Position numbers and translations under genes: made by a program | Shown here: positions 19,855 to 29,060 of the stretch, piece after piece | Layout of the letters: every line of letters starts with the position of its first letter | Numbering within the stretch: position 1 is the first letter of the stretch | Origin: Candidatus Calescibacterium sp. | GTDB taxonomy: Bacteria; Calescibacteriota; Calescibacteriia; Calescibacteriales; Calescibacteriaceae | Direction of reading: 5' to 3' | DNA: 64,000 nt | Assembly (NCBI GenBank): GCA_032249135.1 | Contig: JAVVGL010000004.1 | Location: 32,001 to 96,000, forward strand | The notes under the pieces: model-generated | The model's database searches: none | What the model saw: only the letters and a program-made list of their open reading frames with translations | Told to the model about the DNA's origin: nothing

Positions 19855-20529
19855 TTGATGTTAAAAGACATTATTGAGAAAGAAGGATTTTTGCTTTATG
19901 TTGTGACCGATGATAAATTCTTGCCATCGGGCTGTGGTAGGAAAGATATATCTTATGTGAGGGATATTGTAAGAAGATGTGCTGATGGCGGAGTTAAAAT
20001 TTTTCAGTATAGAGCGAAAACTATAGAACCTGTTTTTCAGTTAAAGCAAGCTCTTGCGGCGAAAGAAGAATGTGAAAAAAATGATATAATTTTCTTTGTA
20101 AATGATAGAGTAGATTTAGCATATATCATTGGAGCAAAAGGAGTTCATGTCGGACAAGAGGATATTCCGCCTCAAATTATAAAAGAGCGGTTTAATAATC
20201 TTATGATAGGTTTTTCAACTCATAACATCTATCAAGTGAGATCAGCTCCATTTAGTTTCGTTGATTATATAAGTTTCGGACCTGTTTTTAGGACGGAGAC
20301 AAAAAAAAGTAAATATCCCCCTACAGATGTAAATAACTTGCGAAAAGCCGTAAAACTTTCTCCAGTTCCTGTTGTTGCGATAGGTGGAATAAATTCAGAT
20401 AACATCGTTTATGTAGTAAAAGCTGGATGTAAAATTGCAGCATCTATATCATATATTCTTGAGAATCCAAAGGAAATTACATCAAGGTGTAGAGAAATTA
20501 TAAAGAAGGCAAAGCAAACCTTATCTTGA
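19855..20529 (+). CDS. thiE: Thiamine-phosphate synthase
   Basis: LYVVTD, QYRAK, FVNDRVDLA, GVHVGQED, GFSTH, GPVFRTETK, VAIGGI. Confidence 0.93.
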   Translation: MMLKDIIEKEGFLLYVVTDDKFLPSGCGRKDISYVRDIVRRCADGGVKIFQYRAKTIEPVFQLKQALAAKEECEKNDIIFFVNDRVDLAYIIGAKGVHVGQEDIPPQIIKERFNNLMIGFSTHNIYQVRSAPFSFVDYISFGPVFRTETKKSKYPPTDVNNLRKAVKLSPVPVVAIGGINSDNIVYVVKAGCKIAASISYILENPKEITSRCREIIKKAKQTLS

Positions 20530-20553
20530 TTGAAGAAAGATTATATCAAAAAG

Positions 20554-21054
20554 CTATCTTATCAGTATTATTTTCCTCAATTTTTCCTCTTCTATAACGA
20601 AAGGGAAGATAATAATGCAAAATAGAGTAGAGGAGACTACCTTCATAAGGATTAAAAGAATAGTTTTTGGATTTTCTATTATCAAATTCACCGATATAAT
20701 AGTTGATGATAGTAATGTGAGGATAGCCGTTAGTATTACTACTGTTGGAAAGTTTCCTTTGAACATATCTGGCATATAAGAAGCTATAAATCCTGTGAGT
20801 ATATATAATGTGCCGACCAAGGGATTTCCGCCAAATATTACTCTCAGCAAAGCTATTGCGTATGATATAAAAATAACACTGTAAGATTTTTTCTCATCCG
20901 CTGATATCCAGTAAGCAGCCATAATAGAGAATAAATCTGGAAAGAACGCAAGATAGCCGAAATAAACATATGGTATGAAAAGTAAAAATAAGAGAGCAGA
21001 TATAAAAATTAATTTTTTTATGCTTATATCACTTTTTCGTTTCAGAGTTTTCAT
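20554..21054 (-). CDS. mreD: Rod shape-determining protein MreD-like
   Basis: ~5 TM helices, PDL motif, directly downstream of mreBC. Confidence 0.6.
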   Translation of the reverse strand: MKTLKRKSDISIKKLIFISALLFLLFIPYVYFGYLAFFPDLFSIMAAYWISADEKKSYSVIFISYAIALLRVIFGGNPLVGTLYILTGFIASYMPDMFKGNFPTVVILTAILTLLSSTIISVNLIIENPKTILLILMKVVSSTLFCIIIFPFVIEEEKLRKIILIR

Positions 21055-21760
21055 CTCTTTTTATTTCTTCTTCCACAGCTATTACAGAAACATATAGTAT
21101 ATCTGATATGTCTGTAAGGATTTGAATTGCATCATCTTTTACTGTTCCTATTTTTATTCCGGCAGGTGCGCTAAATTTTGAACCAGATGTTACAGCTTCA
21201 TCTCCTTCTATCATCTCTATTGGTCCCAAGGATGCAAATATCTTCATCTTACCATCCTCACTTCCCCTGAGTATAGCTCTCATTTTTGATTTTGGAAAAA
21301 TTGCTTCAACATAGAACGATGGAGAAAAAACCGTCAAGACTTTACTTGAATTTTCAAAAACCTCCACTACTCTCCCTATAAGTTTTCCTTCTTTCATCAC
21401 AAGAGAATATTTTTTTATCCCATTCTCTTTCCCTCCATATATAAAAATCTCTTTCGGAAAATTGTCAGGTGGTATTGAGATAACTTTCGTTATTATTATT
21501 TTGTTTTTTTCTTCAAGATATGATGCTGAACTGAATTCTCTTTCCATTAATTCATTCGATTTTTTTGTAATATCTTCAAGGACTATTTTTGATATCTCTT
21601 TTTCCCTTTGATATTCCTTACCGCAAATATCTTGTTGGGAAAGATATATTTTTTGGAGCTTTTCAAATCCCGGAAGCTTTACATATAATATGTTGAACTT
21701 TTCTATTATAAAAAGAGTTGAAATTAAAACTATAACAAGTAATATTTTGGGGAGGAGCAT
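21029..21760 (-). CDS. mreC: Rod shape-determining protein MreC
   Basis: GKENGIKK...GKLIGRVVEV...SKVL, VTSG, PAGIKIGTV; follows mreB. Confidence 0.85.
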   Translation of the reverse strand: MLLPKILLVIVLISTLFIIEKFNILYVKLPGFEKLQKIYLSQQDICGKEYQREKEISKIVLEDITKKSNELMEREFSSASYLEEKNKIIITKVISIPPDNFPKEIFIYGGKENGIKKYSLVMKEGKLIGRVVEVFENSSKVLTVFSPSFYVEAIFPKSKMRAILRGSEDGKMKIFASLGPIEMIEGDEAVTSGSKFSAPAGIKIGTVKDDAIQILTDISDILYVSVIAVEEEIKRDENSETKK

Positions 21761-21769
21761 CGTAAAATA

Positions 21770-22816
21770 TCATGACACATTCACTCTTGTGAGAAGTTCT
21801 ATATCTTCCAAAACTTTTGCGCAACCTTTGGTAACTGCAAGTAGAGGTTCTGGTGCAACTATGGCTTTAACCCCTGTTTCCTTTTCAATAAGTATGTCAA
21901 GCCCCCTTAAAAGTGCTCCTCCTCCTGCAAGGTATATTCCTCTTTCATATATATCGGCAGATAGTTCTGGGGGTGTTTTTTCAAGTGTATTTTTTATAGC
22001 TGAAATTATCGCATATACTTGTTCCCGACATGCATTTACTATATCTCTTTGGGTTATCCATGCTTTTTTTGGGATGCCATTTGATACATCTCTGCCATAT
22101 ACTTCCATACCTTTTTCTGGCTCTAACTCAATTGCAGCTCCTATTTCTATCTTGAGTTGTTCTGCTGTTCTTTCTCCTATGTGTATCCCATGCGTTCTTC
22201 TGACATAGTGTATTATAGCTTCGTCAAACTCATCCCCTGCTATTTTTAGAGAAGTTGAACAAACGATCCCAGCCATAGATATAACTGCAACTTCTGTTGT
22301 CCCTCCTCCTATGTCTACTATCATGTTCCCCCCAGGTTGATCTACTTTCAGTCCTGCCCCGATTGCAGCAGCCATGGGTTCGTATACGAGATACACTTCC
22401 CCTGCACCTGCAAGTTCAGCCGCCTCTATAACTGCTCTCTTTTCAACCGGTGTTATTATAGAAGGAACTCCAATTACGACTCTGGGTTTGAGAAATTTAT
22501 TCCCACCCTCTAATGCTTTTCTTATAAAATATGAGAGCATAGCCTCTGCGACATCAAAATCTGCGATAACTCCATCTCTTAAAGGTCTGATGACTTTTAT
22601 GTCTTCTGGTGTTCTTCCCACCATTTTTTTTGCCTCGTTGCCGACTGCTATTACCTTTTTTATTCCACCTTTCAACTCCATTATAGCGACAACAGAGGGT
22701 TCATTTATAATCAAACCCTTTTTAGAGTGCCAGACAAGTGTGTTAGCCGTTCCCAAATCTATTGCAAGATCCCCTGGGTATCCGAAGATTTTTCTCAGGA
22801 AATTTTTTATAGACAT
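21770..22816 (-). CDS. mreB: Rod shape-determining protein MreB
   Basis: DLGTANT, EPSVVA, RPLRDGVIADF, EPMAAAIGAG, DIGGGTTE. True start is ATG 22816 (MSIKNF); the track's extension to 22936 runs through tRNA genes. Confidence 0.97.
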   Translation of the reverse strand: MSIKNFLRKIFGYPGDLAIDLGTANTLVWHSKKGLIINEPSVVAIMELKGGIKKVIAVGNEAKKMVGRTPEDIKVIRPLRDGVIADFDVAEAMLSYFIRKALEGGNKFLKPRVVIGVPSIITPVEKRAVIEAAELAGAGEVYLVYEPMAAAIGAGLKVDQPGGNMIVDIGGGTTEVAVISMAGIVCSTSLKIAGDEFDEAIIHYVRRTHGIHIGERTAEQLKIEIGAAIELEPEKGMEVYGRDVSNGIPKKAWITQRDIVNACREQVYAIISAIKNTLEKTPPELSADIYERGIYLAGGGALLRGLDILIEKETGVKAIVAPEPLLAVTKGCAKVLEDIELLTRVNVS

Positions 22817-22827
22817 ATTATTTTGGG

Positions 22828-22899
22828 AGCCCATGAGGGGACTCGAACCCCTGCCCTCCTCCTTACCAAGGAGGCGCTCTACCTCTGAGCTACATGGGC
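22828..22899 (-). tRNA. tRNA-Thr(GGT)
   Basis: GCCCATG acceptor, GCTC/GAGC D arm, CCTCC-TTGGTAA-GGAGG anticodon arm, AGGGG-TTCGAGT-CCCCT T arm. Followed by CCCA, so no exact encoded CCA. Confidence 0.95.
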
Positions 22900-22906
22900 A
22901 AATAAG

Positions 22907-22983
22907 TGGAGCAGGCGACGGGACTCGAACCCGCAACCCCCAGCTTGGAAGGCTGGTGCTCTAGCCGGTTGAGCTACGCCTGC
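22907..22983 (-). tRNA. tRNA-Gly(TCC)
   Basis: GCAGGCG acceptor, CCAGC-CTTCCAA-GCTGG anticodon arm, TTCGAGT T loop, encoded CCA. Confidence 0.96.
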
Positions 22984-23079
22984 TCACATATAGAGCTAAT
23001 TTTACTTATTGAGAAATTTAAATTTAATATCTCCGAAAATTTTGTTCTTATTTGTCAAATTTTTCTCCCTATATCCTAT

Positions 23080-23937
23080 TTACCCGAGTACCCTCCATAA
23101 TTTCCCATCTTTCTTTTTTCTTTTCATCATGTATAATCTTTCATCTGCCTTTTTGATGATTTCTTCTGGTTCTTTGCCGTCTTCCGGAAATTCCGATATC
23201 CCAAACGAAAAATCAAAACTTATTTTTTCTTTTATCCTATGAGCTATTTTTTCTGCAACATCTCCGCTTGCCCCTTTTACCAGTATAACAAACTCATCCC
23301 CCCCATATCTTGCGGCAATATCAGTTTGCCTTATGCTACTTTTTATTGATGCAGCTAGTTCTTTTAACGCTTTGTCTCCTTCTATATGACCTTTTGAATC
23401 ATTTATTTTTTTCAAGTCATCTACATCTATGAATATCAAAGAAAATTTTTCATCGTTGACGATTAGATTTTTAATTTCATTCTCAAAAAATCTTCGGTTA
23501 TATAGATGAGTGAGAGGATCTAAAATGGCTTCTATTTTTTGTTTTTTCCTTCTAATATGTTCTGCATAACTCCTTGATTCAAGGCGCATCTCAACTCGTC
23601 CCAAAGTTATAAGATCTCCTGGAAGAATTTTAGCCAAAACTATCTTTTTTCCATTTACGAAAGTTCCATTTGTTGAGTTCAAATCTTTTATTGTAAGTGC
23701 CCCTTCTTCTTTCATTTCAATAAATGCGTGTTTACGAGACACGCTCTTTTCTGGAATTACCATATCAACATCTCTTGACCTCCCTATTATTCCTGGTAGT
23801 TTCAGTTCTATTTCTCTTCCAGCAATTTCTGGTGGGCTTTCTATCACAAAAACAAAAATTCTATCTTCCCTCAAAATCCTTTTTCTTGCTTGCGTTATAT
23901 CAGTCGGATCTGTCAGGTCATCCCTTAACCTATTCAT
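23080..23937 (-). CDS. FHA-domain diguanylate cyclase
   Basis: FHA (IGRS, VSRKHA, DLNSTNGTFVNG) plus GGDEF domain (DPLTHLYNRR, ARYGGDEF) with RQTD I-site. Confidence 0.92.
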   Translation of the reverse strand: MNRLRDDLTDPTDITQARKRILREDRIFVFVIESPPEIAGREIELKLPGIIGRSRDVDMVIPEKSVSRKHAFIEMKEEGALTIKDLNSTNGTFVNGKKIVLAKILPGDLITLGRVEMRLESRSYAEHIRRKKQKIEAILDPLTHLYNRRFFENEIKNLIVNDEKFSLIFIDVDDLKKINDSKGHIEGDKALKELAASIKSSIRQTDIAARYGGDEFVILVKGASGDVAEKIAHRIKEKISFDFSFGISEFPEDGKEPEEIIKKADERLYMMKRKKKDGKLWRVLG

Positions 23938-23997
23938 ATATTCTTAATTTTAAATTTTTGATCTATCTATATTATTCTTAATTTACTCTTTTGTCTT

Positions 23998-25182
23998 TTG
24001 GGAATACAAAATTTGAAGCTGAAACTTTTAAATTTTTTTTTGATGAAAGACGGTAATAAACAAGATGATCAGGCTTTACTTAGTTTTAACTTAAAGATTT
24101 TTGTTGCGGGTCATAGAGGACTTGTCGGCTCTCATATACTTGATGCCCTAAAACAGAGGGGGTACAAAAATTTCGTTTTGAGGACAAAAAGCGAGCTTGA
24201 TCTGAGGCGTCAGGCTGATACTGAGGATTTTTTTTCAAGCGAAAAACCAGATTGGGTTTTTCTTGCTGCTGCAAAGGTCGGAGGTATCCTTGCAAACTCA
24301 ACCTATAAAGCTGAATTCATATACGATAACCTTGCAATCGCTCTAAATGTTATACATTCTGCTTTCAAATTCGGAGTAAAAAAACTCCTGAATTTAGGCT
24401 CATCTTGTATATATCCTAAATTCTCCCCTCAACCTATGAAAGAAGAATATTTGCTTTTGGGATATCTTGAGCCAACAAATGAACCTTATGCTATCGCAAA
24501 AATATCTGCTATAAAGCTTGTCAGATACTACAACGAAAGATACGGGACAAATTTCTTTTCTGTTATGCCAACTAATTTATACGGTCCTCGTGATAACTTC
24601 AATCTTGAAACTTCTCATGTTATTCCAGCTCTTATAAGAAAATTTCATCTCGCAAAACTTCTACAAAAAGATGATTTTGAAGGTATAATAAAAGATATAA
24701 GAAAAACTCCTCTGGGTTTTGGACTTGATGAAAAAATAAATTTTGAAGATCAGAACTCAATAGAAAAAGCTCTTTCATTTTGTGGGATAGAAAAACATAA
24801 AGTTACACTTTGGGGAAGCGGGGAGGTTTTCAGAGAGTTTTTATATGTAGAAGACCTTGCATCATGTTGTGTGTTTCTTATGGAAAATGTAAATGCAGAA
24901 GATATAAGGAAACTAAACCAAGACTATTTTGTGAATGTCGGGACAGGGGAAGATTTGAAAATAAAAGAGCTTGCTCAAATCGTAAAAGACACGGTTGGAT
25001 TTCAAGGAGAAATATCTTGGGATAGATCAAAGCCAGACGGAACTCCAAGAAAATTGCTTGATGTATCTTTGATAAAAAAACTCGGATGGGAACCGCGCAT
25101 TAGCCTAAAAGATGGAATAAAAAAAACATACTCTTGGTACTTGGAATATGTTTATGGAAATGCTGAATATGGTAGAAAATAA
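23998..25182 (+). CDS. fcl: GDP-L-fucose synthase (start probably ATG 24043)
   Basis: AGHRGLVGS, LAAAKVGGI, LGSSCIYPK, YAIAK, MPTNLYGP, REFLYVED, KPDGTPRK. Confidence 0.95.
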   Translation: MGIQNLKLKLLNFFLMKDGNKQDDQALLSFNLKIFVAGHRGLVGSHILDALKQRGYKNFVLRTKSELDLRRQADTEDFFSSEKPDWVFLAAAKVGGILANSTYKAEFIYDNLAIALNVIHSAFKFGVKKLLNLGSSCIYPKFSPQPMKEEYLLLGYLEPTNEPYAIAKISAIKLVRYYNERYGTNFFSVMPTNLYGPRDNFNLETSHVIPALIRKFHLAKLLQKDDFEGIIKDIRKTPLGFGLDEKINFEDQNSIEKALSFCGIEKHKVTLWGSGEVFREFLYVEDLASCCVFLMENVNAEDIRKLNQDYFVNVGTGEDLKIKELAQIVKDTVGFQGEISWDRSKPDGTPRKLLDVSLIKKLGWEPRISLKDGIKKTYSWYLEYVYGNAEYGRK

Positions 25183-25266
25183 TGGTAAAAGATAAACGAT
25201 TTTTTGCTTTTTGTTAGGGGAGAACTTAACCAATAAAAAAGAAATTAACCAAATAAAGAATATATC

Positions 25267-25689
25267 ATGAGTGAAGAGAAAATTATTTTTTCCGAGAGCG
25301 TAAAAGGGAAAGAAGGGGAGTGGATTGAGGAAGAATTTTGTTCAAAAGACCTTGAAAAATTTCTCGCCGCAATAGGTGAAGAAAATAAATTACAAGATTA
25401 TATAAAAAACGGATGGATTTTCCCAACATTCTTTACTATTTTCAGAAAAGGAAGACCAGACCCGCAAATTTCAGGATATAAAACTTTTTTACACGCAGAG
25501 CAAGAATACGAAATTTTCTCTTTTCCCAAATTAGGTGGAAAAGTAAGATACAGAACAAAAATCAAAGATATATACAAAAAAGTAAGTAAGAGGACAGGGA
25601 AAGATATGGTCTTCGTTGTTTTTGAAACCGAATTTTATTCTAACGAAAATCTTATTTGCATAGGTAGATCAACTCTGGTTTTTTTGTGA
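25267..25689 (+). CDS. MaoC-like hotdog-fold dehydratase N-terminal domain protein
   Basis: FLAAIGE, PTF, LHAEQEYE, MVFVVFETEF pattern. Confidence 0.75.
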   Translation: MSEEKIIFSESVKGKEGEWIEEEFCSKDLEKFLAAIGEENKLQDYIKNGWIFPTFFTIFRKGRPDPQISGYKTFLHAEQEYEIFSFPKLGGKVRYRTKIKDIYKKVSKRTGKDMVFVVFETEFYSNENLICIGRSTLVFL

Positions 25690-25710
25690 AGTTATGTAGG
25701 GGGTGTTTGT

Positions 25711-27374
25711 GTGCTTTTGACCAAAACTTATTCTTTCAGAAATTTCAGAGAGAAATTTGATAAAGTTAATCCAACTATTTTGTTAGTGTTCCTTTTTATT
25801 ATTACCTTTCTCCCAAATATTATTGTATATAACCGAACACATGCCGCGGGAGATATAGCAGAATACATTAATAATCCCTTGAGAATCATATATGGAGAAT
25901 TACCTTATAGAGATTTTTGGTTGATATTTCCTCCCGGTGAGGTTTTTTGCCTGCCTTTATATATAAGGTATTTGGATTGAATGTTAATATCTTGCTTGCT
26001 TTGACAGTTTTCCTCAACTCCTTTATTAGTGTTTCTTCTTTTCTTGTAGCAAGGCAAATATTCAAGGACAATTTCTTTTCTTCAGTAGCTACTATTTTAG
26101 TTATCTTCAACGGTTTAAGACATTACGGAGGTTTTATTTATATACACGTGTATTTTTTATTTCTTCTTATATCTGCTTTCTTCCTTTTGAGATACCTAAA
26201 AGATGAAAAACTTACAAATCTGTTTTTAACAGGAGTATTTTTGGGTTTAGCTTCTTTTTTTAAGTTGTATGAGGTTGGGGCAGCTTCTCTTTCGTTCCTT
26301 TTATTGGTTCTTATTTGGGCAAAACTTAAAAAAAAGAAAATCAAATCCATCGCTACCATGCTTTTCGTCCTTTTTGGTGGATCATTTTTATTTCCTGTTA
26401 TTACCTCTATTATTTTGATAGATATTTGGAAAGAAATGTTAAGATGGGTATTGATAGAGTCTGTATTACATGGTACATCTATGAATTTGCCATACTTTAC
26501 TGATTCTCGTTGGTACTTAGATAGAATTTTAGAGGATTTCAACAGTATCAAAGGAGGGAATTACTACAAGATTAGGTTATTTCATGATATAGTCGGTCTT
26601 ATATACACTACAACATCATATCTTTTGCCTTTTATTATTTTAGCTACATCTATTTTTTATCTGATATATGGAAGATATCTGAAAAATGAAAGGTACATTA
26701 TAGTGCTTTTTTTACTTTGGGGATTTTTTACTTTTCCAAAATCTTTTGGTCGTTCTGATATGAGCCATTTGGTAATATCCATTAATCCATTATTTTTCCT
26801 CGTAGTCTTCTTTTTGTGGAAAAGTATGCAAGATTTCAATAAAAATTTATTCAATAAAGTTCTCAGGTCAGCATATGCTATAATAACTCTTTTACTATTG
26901 CTTTCGGTTCCACATTTTTTTATTTATATCGCATTTCAGCTGAAAACTTATCGTCATCCGGTTGAGGCAAAGTATGGAACTCTGCTTTTCAAAGATCATT
27001 CAGATGCGAAAAATGTAAATGCTGTTATCAAATATATTGATCAAAATACGAACGAAGGAGATTATATTTTTGTTACCCCATGGTTTGCTCCCCCTCTTTA
27101 TGCCCTAACTAACAGAAGAAATCCTACCTATTATGATTCGCTAATTGATCCTATTGTCCTGCCATCAGAGGAAAAGCAGTTAAAAATTTGCGATGATCTT
27201 CTACGAAAGAATACTAAACTTGTGATTCATTATCCTGATTTCGGATATAGTGCAGGACATTTTATGAGCTCTTGTCCAATGTTGCAGAAATGTATAGAGG
27301 ATAACTTTGATTTAGTAGTAAAATACGGAAATTACTGGATATATAAGAGGAGGGAAATAAGAAACATGGAATAA
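25711..27374 (+). pseudogene. GT-C/ArnT-PMT-like membrane glycosyltransferase, split by a 1-nt frameshift
   Basis: GELPYRDFWLIFPPGEVF (25711-25980) joins LPAFIYKVFG (25947-27374) if one T is added to the T6 run at 25943-25948. Confidence 0.7.
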
Positions 27375-27502
27375 GAGTTAAAGATATATGCAACAGGGCG
27401 AAAAATTATAGTAGTTTGTTTGTCCCTTTTGCGTTTTTTCTCGTCTAATTTTAAATTTCTGCTTTAAAAAATTTTTTCTTTTTGGAAACAAAATTCTGAC
27501 TT

Positions 27503-28801
27503 ATGGTGGTTTTTGCCTTTTTGTTTTTTGCTATAAATCTTACATTAGATGAGGCAGTAAAAATAGCTGTTGAAAATAATCTTTCAGTCTCTTCTCAAAG
27601 ATACTCTCTCAAAGATGTTGAATATACTGCAAAAGCTGCCTGGTCTTATGTGCTTCCAAGATTAGTTGTTGATTCGTCTTACAGAAGAAACCTTGAACTA
27701 CCGGAAGCTCAAATAGGTATGCAAAAAGTAAAAGTAGGAAAGCCAGATCAAACCCAAATTACTCTGTCTTTGGTTCAATCTCTACCTATTGATGGTTCTG
27801 TTTGGTACCTCAAAGAAGCTCAAAAGTATTCTTACGATTCTCAATCATACTCGTTTTTGGCTTTCAAGAACGAAATAATTTTCAGAGTTGTAAATCTTTA
27901 CATTACAATTTCTAAACTTTTGCTCTCTCAAAATATAGCAAAGGAAAATTTAGAGAGGATGAAAAAGCATTATGAGGTCGCTCAAAACCTTTTTTCTGCT
28001 GGACTTATTCCCGAAGTTGATCTCACAAGAATAGAAACATCTTTGTATGAAGCTCAACTTCAACTTAAAAATATAGAAATTCAGCTCCACCAGAACCTGC
28101 AAAATTTTCTTCTGATTTTGGGCAAAGATGATATAGATCCTATTCCTTCTCAATCTATTGATGAACTCATTTTTATTTTTGATCCTTTCGGATTTTTTGA
28201 CTCAATAACCCAAGAAAAGATAGATATAGAAAATTCTCCTGATATATCATCTATAAGATTTAGGGTTTTGCAATTGGATAGACTTTCAAAAGCTCAAAGA
28301 GGACAACTCTTCCCGCAAATATCTTTTGGTTTTTCTCTCATAAACTCTTTCGGTTCTTTTATTGAACAAAGGAATATACCCGTTTTATCTGTTGGAGCAA
28401 ATTTGACTTTTGATTTTGGTGGAACTTACCACAACTACCTTGCAGTAAAGCAAAGAAAAATATCAGTTGAGTTTCAACTTGAAGATTTGAAAAGACAAAA
28501 AATCAAAAGCTTGGAAATGGTTATTAAAGAATATGAACTTGTAAAAAGCAGACTTGAACTCGCTCAAAGCAGACTTGCATCAGCTGAAAAATCCTTGAAA
28601 TCAGCAGAGGAACTTTTCAGATATGGAAAACTAACTTCTGTTGACCTTATGGATTATGAGTTCCAATACGAAAACGCAAAATTTGACATCATATCAGCAA
28701 AAGCTGATTTATTACTCCTTATGTGGAGAACTATTTACTTGACAGGACAGCTAGAGCAGTTTTTCATATCAAAAAATCATGTTGGCAAAAAGTCTAACTA
28801 G
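27503..28801 (+). CDS. TolC family outer-membrane efflux protein
   Basis: LTLDEAVKIAVENN, LPRL, FSAGLIPEVD, FPQISF, YGKLTSVDL. Confidence 0.88.
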   Translation: MVVFAFLFFAINLTLDEAVKIAVENNLSVSSQRYSLKDVEYTAKAAWSYVLPRLVVDSSYRRNLELPEAQIGMQKVKVGKPDQTQITLSLVQSLPIDGSVWYLKEAQKYSYDSQSYSFLAFKNEIIFRVVNLYITISKLLLSQNIAKENLERMKKHYEVAQNLFSAGLIPEVDLTRIETSLYEAQLQLKNIEIQLHQNLQNFLLILGKDDIDPIPSQSIDELIFIFDPFGFFDSITQEKIDIENSPDISSIRFRVLQLDRLSKAQRGQLFPQISFGFSLINSFGSFIEQRNIPVLSVGANLTFDFGGTYHNYLAVKQRKISVEFQLEDLKRQKIKSLEMVIKEYELVKSRLELAQSRLASAEKSLKSAEELFRYGKLTSVDLMDYEFQYENAKFDIISAKADLLLLMWRTIYLTGQLEQFFISKNHVGKKSN

Positions 28802-29060
28802 CTTTGCCGCAATGAGAACGACCCCATTTTCAGGGCGGCCCTGCAAAGCCATCAGGACCTAACCTCATCGCTACCCCCTCCCACTTCCCTTGCACCATCA
28901 CAGGGCGCAAGGGAGAGAAGTCCCTCATACAGAACCTCCCAAGGAGAGGTATAGCGAAGGCTACCCTCAGAACTCGCCAGAATTTCTGTCCGCTTTCCGG
29001 ACCCCTCACAGGTTCCTTCCTCAGGTTCCCCTGCTTTTGGGTCTCTGGCTCACTCTGAGA
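28781..29060 (-). ncRNA. Putative omegaRNA/reRNA overlapping the tnpB 3' end (scaffold to 28801, guide from 28800 leftward)
   Basis: Abrupt GC-rich tract with hairpins 28886-28896/28904-28914 and 28837-28843/28853-28859; loop 28844-28849 is complementary to 28801-28806. Boundaries are inferred. Confidence 0.55.

Noticed and set aside
22817-22936. 40-aa N-terminal extension of MreB in the ORF track
   Set aside because: It is read-through of two tRNA genes; the conserved MreB sequence begins after ATG 22816.
22374-22964. Long antisense ORFs opposite mreB, atpA and cheA
   Set aside because: Codon-bias shadows of well-conserved genes, with no recognisable motifs.
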